A stretch of DNA of 49,984 nucleotides, filler included, from Bipalium vagum (taxonomy: Eukaryota): assembly GCA_037834085.1 (NCBI GenBank). It is 3 parts of 3 records of this genome, joined end to end, with 100 filler letters (N's around TTAATTAATTAA, not from the genome) between each part and the next. Parts side by side here need not be neighbours in the genome. Positions count along the whole stretch, not along the records: positions 16,520 to 32,816 come from JBBMKC010117444.1; positions 32,917 to 49,984 come from JBBMKC010080159.1; 1 more part is not named here. One strand, written 5' to 3'. Under the pieces are notes generated by a model. That model was not told where the DNA came from. It did not search any database and saw only the letters and a program-made list of their open reading frames with translations. Shown here in pieces: positions 23,487-35,900 of this stretch. How positions within the stretch are numbered: position 1 is the first letter of the stretch; each line of letters opens with the position of its first letter. The translations under genes and the position numbers were made by a program.

Positions 23487-26400
23487 ATGATAGATTGGAG
23501 TTATAAATTTGAAGTTGAGGAAAATGAAGAACTTGAAGATGACTTAAAAGTTAGCACATCTTTTTGTATTTTCTATAATAATTGAAAAACTTAAGGATGA
23601 TAAAATTACTAGCGGATCTATATTTTTGATTGATTGTTTCAAAAATTTATTTGATACTGAAGTTTCATGTATTGATGATGGGTCTGATAAAATGGCATGG
23701 TTTGAAGCTATCATTAAAAGTTGTTTAGCTGTTTTTAAAAATAAAGCAATGTCAAGTGACAAAGACCATGTATCTATTGTCTTTTATAGAGTTGTAAGTG
23801 ATAAATAAATATAATTGTTGTCATTAAATTTAAATTGATGTAATATTTTCTAGAAAACATCAAGTGACATAACAATGAAGAATATATATGTTTTTCAAGT
23901 TAGATTTTCTTTGTTCTGGTTAATAAATCTTCATTGACAGATAAATTGATAATTTTAACCAAATGATCTAGCATTTTATGTACATTTTTAAATAAATAAA
24001 TTGGGCTTTCAACGATGAATTAACGTTAACCCGGTAATTTGATTAAAAAAACTACCTTCATACATATCTACAGTGTAAGAAAATTGTAATTGTTGGAAAT
24101 TTCAGCGACTGCTTGGTAGATATAATTTTGAATACAGTATAACCCACACTTCAAAAAATGTCGAGGAAACTGCGATTTTGTTCGTTAAAGCGAGGTTTTG
24201 CTTAAAATGAATGAACTCAATAAAATTGTGTTTATGATGAGTTTATTTAAGACTGTACATAAATTTGTTTATTCTTAAGTCATGTATTACTGATTTAAAC
24301 ACTCAAAAACTGTGTATATTAAAGTCATTTTCGATGAATGACAAAACATCAAGCGTTATCTGTAGTCGGCTCTGTTAGCCTTAGTTGCCAAAAAGATTTC
24401 TAATTCTGCAATCGCCAGCTTGTAAGGACCACATATTTGTTCAGTGCAGAGTTGACGAATCTTGAAAGGACTAACTACTGCACCTGTCAGCGATAATGGA
24501 GACTTTTGGATGCTTTGATCAAAATCCACTTCTCCATCATTTTCGCTTCCACAAACTTATAAAATATCGATATCTTTTGCAGCAACGTAACCATCTACAT
24601 GGACAAAATCTTCTGCAGAAGATTGCAGACTGGACGAAGATCAATATTCTGCTGAAGGAAGGCCCAAAGTTCAGACATTCATTTTACTGGTAGAAGAGCG
24701 TTAGTATTGGCAAATGCAGAGAGATCATGAGTGAAACGTACAATTACGAAGCAAAAAGCAATGGTTTCTCAATTTACTGAATTACATAATACTTAATATT
24801 CATTACTTACTTGAAATTCATTAATGGAAGAATGAATCCGGATATGAAGAAACAAATGCTTCACCAATGTATTAGGTTGAGAAAAAGGTTCTTGTCGTTA
24901 TTAAAAATTGTATTTAAAGTATTAAAAAATTACTCAACTTTTATTTTATAACACATTTATTACAGAATATCTAGTCTATGATATAATTTCCGTCGTTCAT
25001 AATCACAAAGCTTCCAGCGGCTCAAAAGTTTTTGAATTCCACAGGTTTTGTGGAATCTTTGTTCCTTTGACTGAGATCTCACGGAATCCATGCGCCGAGC
25101 TTTTGAATTTTTCCTAATGTGTGCAAATGATTAAGGACTTAAGGATCACAATTAATTTGCTCTGCTATTTCTCGTGTTTTTTGGAAATTGTCCTTCTTGT
25201 TCATCGTAATCAATTGGACCCCCAGCCCGACAGGTGTCATTCACAGAAAAAATGTTTGATTTAAAACGGGCAAACCACTTTCAAAATGTTCTATATGCTA
25301 CAAATTTCTTCCAATACACTTTTATGTTTCTGTTACTGGATACCTGAGTGGCAGTTGAACCACGATTAAATTCAAATAAAAGTTGTCGGATATGATTATT
25401 TTTTCGACTTGGAGGTTCATTTTCTAAACGGCATAAAATTAAATGTATAAGTATTGGGTTGACAATTAAGTCCGTTTGGTTTTTTAAATGAAATGAGATT
25501 ATTGCTTATTGTCGAAAAAATTTATTAATTTGAAGCAAAATTTTAATGCTAAAACAATTTTGTATTTCATAAGATATATTAATCAATTATTTTTTAAATA
25601 ATATCATTTAACCAGCAACTCAAACTCTAAGATTGAAGATAAAATGATGCATTTTAGACACATTTCTTTATATTATTTTAAATAAGGCAAACGAGCTGCG
25701 GATGTTCACAAAAAAATTGCCGTTTATACGGGGATGATGCCTTAACAGAACGGATATGCCAGAAATGTTTTGCAAAATTCCGTTCTGTATATTTTATCAT
25801 GGACGATAATGGAGATTGAATCAGATGATATCAAAGCTATTGTTGATGATAATCCAACCCAGACGGTTCGGGAAATAGCCACGAGACTCAAAATATCACT
25901 TACATCTGTTGAGAAACATTTACATAAAATTGGTTACGTTTCTCGACTTACTGTATGGATACCACATAAACTCACCGAGGCCAATTTGACAGCACGAATA
26001 TCTGCTGCGATTTGCTCCTAAAACGGCACCTCAAGAAAAACACCCATTTTTAGGCAACTTGGCTACTGGTGATGAAAATTTGATTTCTTACGACAATGTA
26101 GTGATTAAGAGAACATGGGGACAGTTATGAGCCACCAAAATCAGGATTACATCCGAAAAAGATGATCTCAGTTTGGTAGGATTATAAAGGTATCATCTTC
26201 TATGATCTGTTACCACCTGGCACAACGGTTGATTCAAATGTTTACTGCTCTCATTAACTAAATTGAACAAAGAAATTTCAGAAAAGCGTCCAGGGTTGGA
26301 AAATCGCAATAATATACATTAAGTACCTTGAAATTTAAATATTACAGACACTTCATTCATTATTTAAACAAGCTTAAGTTTAAAATAAATAATTAGAGAT

Positions 26401-29400
26401 TTATAAAAATTCAAAAATAAACGACACGAAATTATTCCTCAACTCAATACTTCTGTAATGAGCTTTAAACGAAGTGATGATGTCTTGGTCACATGGCTGG
26501 GTTGGAGAGGTCGTGTTACGCGGAAGGAATGCAACTTCTACTGACTGATGCTCTAGTGGCACGGCTTCGCTGGATACGTTGTTCACAATGAGCAGAATAC
26601 GACGCCAAGCTCTAGACATTTGTTTATCGAATTTCTTTAGCCTATCTGACCTTCTGGTTAGAAGTGTAATGAACCGGAAGCTTATACAGATTGATGCTCT
26701 TAAAGCATCCAGGTTTTGAAGATTTGCTAATTAGCAACAGCTGACGTTTTCAAAAATTAAAATAAATTTTTTTTCATGATATTAATTCTGGATATTAAAA
26801 CTCACAAAATTTCAGTCCTTAAATCAACCGTCGAGTGATGATATTCTGAGACTCATGAGGTTGAAATTGATATCTTCGGAAAATTTTGAGGAGAACTATG
26901 GATTTTCGGAAAATTCAAATTTAATCGAGGGTCTTTGGTGTTGTCAAAGCTTATTTTCTAAATGGTATTTAATTTTCTCTAGTTAAAAAAAAAATTATTA
27001 TTTAGCAAAACTAAGTTTGGAACCAAGGAAATTTTATTATTTACTTCTGATGATGATCCATATTTTGGCAATGAGAACCTTAAAGTTTGTATTTATTAGA
27101 TTAAGTTTTTGATATTTATTAATTATTTATTGATCAAACGAAATTGGTGTTAAATGAAAATAAAAAAGTTCAGTCATTTTGTAAAAGTTATTAAATACCA
27201 TTTTTAAAAATGAATGAAAACATTATTATTGAAAGATTCAATATTACCAAAAAGTTTTATAATTGTATCATAGTTTCACAAGTTTAGGAAATTATTAATT
27301 TTGTTAAAATTTGAATTTTATATCAAAAACAAAATAAGGTGATTCCAAATATCTGCTGGAATTTTTTATCGATAACGAATTGATTAATATTATACTTTCA
27401 TCCAAATCTACAAAAGGTTTCTTAGTATTGATTTTGGTATTTTCAGAAAACTCTTATAGTAAAGATTCAAGATTTGAAACAAAGTAATATTCATTTGGAA
27501 ATCTTTCCTGTCGCCAATTACAATTTTAATTCCGACACATTTTATAAAGTAAATCTTTAAATTTAACTTTATCATTGGTTTTGCTTTTACTTATTTCAGA
27601 GGATACTTGTCACAAATACCGGAGACAGCAGAGCTGATTGTATTGTTATTGTCGACCCGATATTAAAATTAGATGAATTATTGACGAGGTATTTTTTTTT
27701 ATTATTGGACCAATGAAAAAGTCCTTAACTTATCTGAGAAACCAATTTCAATTAACAAGTTGGATGTCATGGTCGTGAACTATTCATTCATATCTTTATA
27801 ACGAAATATATATGATTGATTTGGTGACTCAAATAATTGACTAGGTAGCCAATGTGCTAAACAAATTTCATTTCAAAATAAAAACCAATTTTCGTAACCT
27901 TTAATTATTGATCTGGATGATTATATTAAAATCTTTAACATTGAGGAAATATGTCATAGCCAGAAAAGTCGATATCAGAGTTGAATGTGGACGAAGATCG
28001 ACACCATCCATGGCTTTGAGATTTTTATTCATCTTTACAGTTTGTTGTTTTGTATTGTTTCTAAACTAAAATTCTTGTCATGTGCTTTAATTTGAATTTG
28101 TCGTACAGAAATCATATAACTTCTGGAAATAGATTCGAGAGATGGTTGATGAACCATCAGTTGGAAATCTAAATATTTTTACCAAATTTTCTGGCTTGAA
28201 ATTGAAGGCAGGTGCTCTTTTAATAGAATCCATTTTTACCAATTTTGTTTGGCCAGTTACATTTTTGATCGATGCATCAGTCTGTTTCTGTCATTCAAAG
28301 TTTTTTGAGCAATTTGGAAGAATTTCGGTTTTTTTTATAAATAGTTAATAAAGATGTATTATTGTATTTTATACAAATCCATTTTTTCAAAACAGTAGTA
28401 CGGTTTTAATTTTTGTCAAAATTACAACAGTTTGATGAAGATTCATTTTTCACGTTTTTAAGATAAGGTGTCAAATTTGAAATAATTGAAAACTTTCTAT
28501 ATCCTTTACCTTTATTTAGCACCACCGTGTGTTTTCATTCACCAATTAGATTTTGACAGTTATGTGTTTTGATTGATTTTAAATTTTTACTGTTTTTTTT
28601 ATTTAGAACTCGCCATAAACAGCATCGGAAACGTACAACAAATCGAATATCTTGGTTTCTTGGGAATGATAACTTATCAATTAGTGTTGGAGTTTATAAT
28701 ACTGTGAAAAAAACTCCGGCTTTGCCATATGTATTATTGGATCGAAAGACCAATATAGAAGTGTGTAAAAAACGTGTGCAAACTTTGACAGAAAGTGGAC
28801 AATTATTGATGCCATTTGACATGAAATGCTGCTTAAAGATAGGTGGAAAATCGATATGTTTTGAAAAGGAAGAAGTCAATAAAATACGATCGATTCTGGA
28901 ACCGGGTAAAGTCAATAAGAAAAATTAAATAGAAATATTTATTCTATTAAGGAATACGGTTGGTGGGATTCAAGCCGCTAAGTTGTCTCAAGTCCTATTA
29001 TCACATTCGAACTTCACAATTCATATACCCAGATGACTCAACAAAGGAAAACAGCAGTAGCTTGTTTAGTGCTCTTTTAAAAAGGACATTTAAACGAGAA
29101 TTGTTTGTATTGTGTACATATATTCCTCGAAAATCGTCACCACTGCAATTTGTTGCTCTTCTGCCACAAGTATTAATTTTTATAATGTTAATAATTTCTT
29201 ATCTGATCTATCTAATATTATTGATTATTGATAGTAAAAAGGTATCTTTGAAAATTATTCATATCACCGAGATGTTTTGTAATTTTATTATCTTTATTTT
29301 AATTATTACGGAGTATCAAAAGTCTTCCCATAAAACATTTATTAAAATGTACATAAAAAAGAACAAAGTACTCTTCGAAATATAGTCCGTTGTTTTCAAT

Positions 29401-32154
29401 GACCTTAACCAAACTTTCTGCTAATGGTCGGATCTGATGAAAATACCATTTATTGGATTTCGAGGTAAAAAGTTCACAACAACCCTGTTCGACCTCTTCC
29501 ACTGTTTCAAACCGTTGACCCAGAGCGAAATAACCCATAGTCTGAAGGGGGTACGCCTGGACTGTATGGTTGAACGTGGAAGTAATTGTACTTCATCCAT
29601 TTTCTCAAGTTGAGCTGTGTCAAGCGAGCGCGGTGCGAGGGAGCTTTATCATGTTGTAACGGAGCGCGCTTTTTGTTTATTAAATTTGGATAACGTATCT
29701 CTAAAATATTATAGAAACGTCAAAATTGTTCTGTGTACAACTCAGCATTCGCTGAGGAACCTGTGAATTCCACCATGTGCTTAAAATAACCTTTTTTCAA
29801 AATCGATCATGCTTTGGCACTCGAAATCGGTTTATTGCCAGCATATATCCATTGAGTTTTCTTGTCATAATTATGGAAGAATATCCATTTCTCATCCTCA
29901 GTTATGATCTGTTTCCAGAAACGATCATTTAGAGGATTTTTTAGCAATTTTTTTCAAATAAATAATCTGTGCTCAACTTGTGGAATTGTTAAATCATGTG
30001 TATCTTCTTTTGGTGCTTTCCTAGAAAATCCAAGCTTGTGCAAGTGCTGGTTTATGGTATTTTTTGATTGCCCAAGGGTAGGTGATAAACTTTTCGTGAT
30101 TTGATGTGGATTATCTACTACTAATGCCTGTAGAGCCTTTTCTGAACTGAGTCTTGTAAGAACACATAAGGCCTTCCATGGGCAACTTTTTCAATTCAGG
30201 GCTTCACATATATTTATCCAGACACTTGATATAAAGGGATGCATTAATGCTAAGTTCCTGTGGAAAGAAATACGGAGGCATAACATGACCTTCGTTGCTC
30301 ACAACATCCAATATCTTTAAAGATGATGGAAACTTGGTGTGCATAACATTAGGGACTTCAGAAGCACTGGAGCACAGCCATAGATCTGGCCACATTAAGA
30401 AATGTGGAAATTTCTAAGCCACTGTGTCCGACGGCTAATGCAACAATAACTGCATGCTTTTTCACTTCTTGTGTTAATTCAAAAGTTATTTCTTCCGTTT
30501 CTAAATTAAAAAATAATTATTTAATGTTGTATCAATAAATACTGCAAATCAATTTAAGCACCACTAAAACAAGTTATCATGGTATATATTAAAAATTTTG
30601 TCCTCAATAGATGACGCACCCTGTATCTATTTGAAATATTTAAACAAAAACATGTATCATTATGGGAAAAGACTTTCGATACACCCTAGTAAGATAACCT
30701 TTGACGACGTAAATTTTTGATAATAGTATTACGGGTTTATCTATAATTTATTTAAAGTTATTCAAATTGTATTTGAAATGTAGATTAAAAATATAATTAA
30801 TAAAATTACGACAGTTGGTTTAACTTTTTATTTTAACCTTATTTTGATTAATCTTTTTATTTTGGAAATCTTTTAGTTTTGGATTTAAAGTATATTTTCT
30901 TAAAGAAGAAATAAGGTCGAGTCTTGAACTTCCAGTAAGCTTTTAACCTCATACATGAATAAGTTTTTTGAGAACGAAATTGTAAATGACATAATTTTAA
31001 AAATGTAATATATATAAGTATAAATTTTCAAGCTCTGCTACATGAGTACAAAAGAAACAGTAATAGGGAATGATATGAAGGATATGGTAAATACTCCCAA
31101 TTAATTTACATATGTTTCTGGATTTTCTTCTTTGTAATGCATGGTTGAGTATCGTTGCCTTCATATGTCAAAGCTGATTTTTTCCCAATTCTCTTTTATC
31201 TTCAAGCTCTTTAAAAGACATAGGAGAAGCTACTGTATCATCAACATTAACCAATCTCCTTTTGTTTTACTTTGGTTTGCAGAACTGTCATCAATATGGC
31301 TTTTAATGATTGATGACAGTTCTGAAAAAAAAATTAACGATTTGGAATATCATGCATAATTAGCAGATCATCGCCAGTTTTGACAATCTTAATTTAGTTT
31401 TTTGCTTCTTATATTGTAAATCAAAATTTTGACAAATCAAATCCGACATTTCATACTTCATGACATAATACCATTCATTACAAGAAAATTTGAATGATTA
31501 AATATAGAAATTACGAAACGAATTAAGGATGCTGCACCATAGATGATTGGATATGCGTGGGATTTAGTAACCAGAGCTCTTTTTTCGTAAATACCGTAAC
31601 GCACAGTATGTTCATCGATGTGTGCGAAAACGATATACTAAGAAATGTCTTGCCTTTGTTGCAGATTATAATTTAAACCAACTGCATGATTTTGGTGCTT
31701 TCTCCATTAACAGATATTCTAACAATCAATTATATACTTTAAATCAAAACTTTAAATTTATTTTCTCACGGAATTATAATGTAATATATATTTCTCTGGT
31801 TTTTTATATCTAAAATTTTCAAAACCCACATGATAGATGCAAAAAATGAATAGTCTCAATGTTCAAATCCAATCTGAAGGGTTTTCGATCGTTTTCTTAC
31901 CCTTTGAAGACGATGTCAGGAAACTGGATTTACCATTGTCTGGGGATGGTTGTTATTGATTGATAGGGTTTAATCTATGATAATATTTGCAGTGAAACCA
32001 GAGGATATAGATATGGGTACAGAGCTGATAAAATCACTGAGTATGGATTATGATCCTCGATCAATTTTGAATCCTGTTTTACAAAAACAGCTGTCTCACA
32101 TAGAAGCTCTCGCTCTAAACTTGGATGAGCCTGATAAAATTGAAGACAATACCG
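23487..32154 (+). CDS. XRCC6: Ku70 (X-ray repair cross-complementing protein 6); 3' part missing at the assembly spacer
   Basis: Exons 23487-23549, 23596-23793, 23854-23898, 26816-26964, 27006-27084, 27447-27548, 27600-27688, 28607-28905, 28952-29169, 31837-31948, 31993-32154, all GT-AG and in phase. Motifs: IFLIDC, SSDKDHVSIVFY, KNIYVFQSLNQP, ILLFTSDDDP, ISVGVYN, GIRLVGFKP, FIYPDD, SSLFSALL, FVALLPQ, GFSIVFLPFEDDVRK, NPVLQKQLSHIEALAL. Confidence 0.95.
24135..24860 (-). mobile_element. Probable 3' part of a Tigger-like element in Ku70 intron 3
   Basis: TA-cagtataacccacacttcaa TIR-like end with subterminal cgttaaagcgagg repeat; minus-strand text could continue the Tigger remnant at 26400-26750. 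Confidence 0.45.
24872..25445 (-). mobile_element. Internally deleted mariner element
   Basis: TA-ttaggttgagaaaaaggttcttgtcg TIR; minus-strand HIRQLLFEFNRGSTA...KWFARFK N-terminal HTH and C-terminal KLLSRW-like remnant. Confidence 0.75.
25454..26312 (+). mobile_element. 5' two-thirds of a mariner element
   Basis: TA-ttgggttgacaattaagtccgtttggtttt TIR; HFRHISLYYF, IKAIVDDNPTQTVREIA, GYVSRLTVWIPHKLTE (WVPHEL motif), ATGDE, PKSGLHPKK. Confidence 0.88.
26400..26752 (-). mobile_element. Tigger/pogo DDE transposase fragment
   Basis: RRILLIVNN..., FLPRNTTSPTQPCDQDIITSFKAHYR; upstream KRQLLLISKSSKPGCFK. Confidence 0.85.
27940..28530 (-). mobile_element. Tc1/IS630-type N-terminal fragment
   Basis: TIR-like tatttagcaccaccgtgtg at the right end; minus-strand HTH-like remnant (KNVTGQTKLVK); weak. 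Confidence 0.35.
29309..30686 (-). mobile_element. Degraded mariner element carrying a nested insertion
   Basis: TIRs cggagtatcaaaagtcttcccataa and ttatgggaaaagactttcgatacaccc with TA flanks; FWKQIITEDEKWIF, LQHDKAP, QPYSPG remnants; C-terminal GQRFETVEEVE...WYFHQI...KVIENNGLYFEE. Confidence 0.88.
30170..30624 (-). mobile_element. maT/DD37D-type element fragment nested in the mariner
   Basis: EVPNVMHTKFPSSLKILDVVSNEGHVMPPYFFPQELSINA matches the maT TKFPASVMVLGVVSSEG.VMPP.FF motif; TIR (ta)cagggtgcgtcatctattgaggac at 30600-30625. Confidence 0.8.
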
Positions 32155-32816
32155 GTTTGAAAATTATTTAGTCTTTGATTATTTTGATAAAATTTGAAAA
32201 TATTAATTTTTTTAAATGACGTGTATTTTTGTTAATTGACTACAAAAAATATGAGATGAACCTTTTATTCTGATAAAAGTACATTTTTCAAAAATAATAG
32301 AACCACTGAATGATGAGTGACTATCGTAACAGTCATAAGCTATTAATTAAAATTTTATTGATTTTTATAATTTCACTGGTCTGAGTACTTTTTAGAGTAG
32401 CTTTGTGTCAGTTAATTAACTTTAAGAATTCTAAAATTATCATTGGTTCGAAAAATAATATTCAATTAATATAAAATAAGGAATAAAGGTCGTTTTAAAT
32501 TTTTTTATAATGATATTTTTTATGTAAAAATATTATCACTGGAAAACATTAATTTTTTATTATAAAAATAATTAAGTTAAAAGAAATTTTGTTTTTTAAA
32601 TTCAAACGCTTATTTATTCTCTAAAACCAATACAAAACTTTAATGATTTGATTCTTATGGTTAATTTTATTGGAAAATTGATAATATTTAGTCTTGATAT
32701 TTTCAGTCGACGGGACCACCAACTATTTACTATTATTTTTTATTATTATTACTACTATAATGTATATGTGAAATCTATTTAAAAATTAATCAATACAATT
32801 TTTTATGATAAAATAT

Positions 32817-32916
32817 NNNNNNNNNNNNNNNNNNNNNNNNNNNNNNNNNNNNNNNNNNNNTTAATTAATTAANNNNNNNNNNNNNNNNNNNNNNNNNNNN
32901 NNNNNNNNNNNNNNNN
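32817..32916. other. Artificial assembly spacer (N44-TTAATTAATTAA-N44)
   Basis: Same 100-bp structure as 16420-16519; genes on both sides are truncated at it. Confidence 0.95.
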
Positions 32917-32950
<34 letters not shown>

Positions 32951-32972
32951 AATATTAAAATAAACTTGTCAC

Positions 32973-35900
32973 CCGTGCACGTGGACCCATCGGCACTCAA
33001 CGAAAATATTGAGCCACAGCCACATTCGCTTTGAGCGGTCGGAAGGCAGAATTGCGAGCACTGAACGAACTGGTCGGTTTTCGACTTAGGACACATGATT
33101 ATCGGGCCGGCGATGGGGTCGTTTTTAGTGAGGGCAACCTTTTTCGTCATGGCTGACGTGGAGCTGTACAAGAAAGAAAACCCCTTTACCGGTGCCGAAA
33201 CCCCACCGACGTAAAGAATGAGCTTCAGGCGATTTGGCGCGATCACGGATCGTAAATCCGATGAGTCGATGAAGAAAATGGAATCGTGCTGAAAAACGAC
33301 AATCAATTGAAAGGCCTTGGAAGGCAAATGACGACAATATTTTGTGGTGGATGGAAATTGGGAATATATAAAGACATAATAATGTTCATTCTAGGCACCA
33401 GGCTGTCCAGTTACAATCACCACCAGGATGACTAACAATAAAACAGGGTTCTCCAATAGAAGCTTCACTACTTTCCTTTGTCCTTGCTCCATGCAAAGAA
33501 CTCAGACAGCCAGGTAACGTTATTTGTATTTTATTTGTCTGCAGACTTTACAAAAATTTACAATTTAAATATTGTGCATCTCCTTCAAATGACCGCCTCT
33601 GACAGCCCTGTGCATTTTGGGCTCTTTTTATTATGGATTCGGCATAATATTTTCGCTGACACAGTCAATCGGCGAAATCAATACAATTTGTGCAGAAATG
33701 TTATGTTTCCGCGGTGTGACTGTTGCTGGGTGATTTGCATGAACTGTATCTTGAAGATATCCGCATAAGAAATAGTCAAGAGCCATCAAATCGGCAGGTA
33801 TGAGAGAGGCCAATCAAAATCACCGAAACGATGGATTAAGCGATTGCTTTGCCATTTGTATGGGATGTGAAGCTCTCTTGCTGAAGGTAAATATTCTCAA
33901 CATGAAAACCAATCTGTTTTAAATGTTTTGAAATCGCTCTCCATTAACCGTAGCTGTCTTACATGGAACATTTTCGAAAAAGAATGAACCAATTACACCT
34001 GTTGCCCATATTCCATACCATACAGTTACTTTGGTGAATTTAATGCTCCCTCCTCCTTCAAAAAAAAAGATTGTTGTGTTCTCCAGATTCGCCAATTTTG
34101 TCTGTTAATCACTGCCCCTCTTAAGTGAAAGTGTATGCCTCCTCATGTGTTATTATAATTTGTTGTCAAAATTTCGGATCCTCAACAAATCGGTCAAACA
34201 ACCAATTGCAATAATTTTGGTGACTTTGTTGGTCTGATTCTTTAAGCTGCTGCACTAAGCTAATCTCACAGGGCTTTAGACGCAACTCGCAACAAACCGG
34301 ACTCAAATTTGTAAAGCTTCTTTTGCGACTCCCTATATATTCCGAGCTTTGAATGCCAATAAATACAGCAGAATTAAATTATCACACCATGGAATATCAA
34401 TTCTTTTTTTCTTATTTATTGATTGAATTCGAATATTATTAATAAATCATTATTATTTAATTATTGAAATTGTGTTTTGATAAAACTTTACTAATATGAA
34501 TACTTTCTTCATATTTTTAACTTTTAAAATTAAAGATTCATTGATTTTATTTAAAGTTTGAAAATTTATTAAATTATAATCGATTATTATCATTATTAGT
34601 ATAAATTATAGGAAAACCCCAAAAGGTAGGATTTTTTAATGACGTTTTTATATTTTGGATAAAATATTTTTATACTGCGAAATATATTTTACAAATCACC
34701 ACCACTGAATAATTGCGACAGAGCATTGCAAAATTCAAGACTTCGTTATATCTTGTTTGAATCTACAAAATGTGAAGGACAAGCATCATTATGCAGGACA
34801 ATGCTCACAATGATGTAGCCAAATTTACGAAAACTTTCTTGCAGTGGAATGCAATCAAGTGTATACCACAACCACACAACTCTCCTAATATGAACCTGGT
34901 GGATCAATTCATATTCAGAAATTTGGAGTCAAAGAGAAGAATAAAAACATTCAAATTCGTGCACGAAATAAAAATGTTTCCAGAACCGTTCTTCGAAGAC
35001 AAATCAACATGCAAGCTGATTCATGAGTTGAACCGATTGAGAGACGATCCCAACAGCATCGTTTTGTATCATGGTGAAAATTTGAAGTGAATGTTGGTCT
35101 TAAAATGTTATACGATTCCTGGATTGAATATGCTTTTTAAAACACGGGTTTTTATGGGTTTCCCTTTTAGTATTTTTTTTGTTTTACTACTACTATTATT
35201 GTTATTTATTACTAATAATTATTTTTATTACTAATTTAATTTTATTGCCAATTTTTAATTGGTACATTTTAATTACCGAGCTGTAATTATTTTTATTAAT
35301 AATTCAGCAAAAGTTCACCGATTTTCGAAAGTGAAATTTAAACAAAATCACAGTTGAATTCTGCAGCTGAATTTTGCGGTGGCGGAGCGATTGATTAATT
35401 CGGGACCGAATGTGGCAAATGTCACGAGAAATATCAGCCAAAAATCCAACAATATTCAAGAGGAATTTATTTATATTTATATCTAATTATTTTTTATTAT
35501 TATCTTTTTTATTTATTTTTATTTAATATCATATATATATTAATTATTATTTAATAATATTTTTAATTATTATTATTTTATAATAGTATTACCGCTATTA
35601 CTATTATTTATTAATATTATTATGTATAATTACGATTTAATATAATATTATTATTTATTACTATTTTTATTATTTTATATTATCAATATTTCTTTTTATT
35701 ATTATTATTTATTATTATTATTGCTTAATATTATTATTTTAATTTATTATTATTTAATATTATAATTATTTTTTATTATTTAATATTAAAATTATTTATT
35801 ATTATTTAATGTCATTATTTATTATTATTTCTTCAAAATTTATAAAAATTTCGATTAAATAATTAATTCTTTATTATCAATTTTAATAATATTTATTATC

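Noticed and set aside
32869-32972. Poly-Tyr tail of the ORF at 32869-33327
   Set aside because: Read-through into an intronic (TAT)n microsatellite and the N gap.
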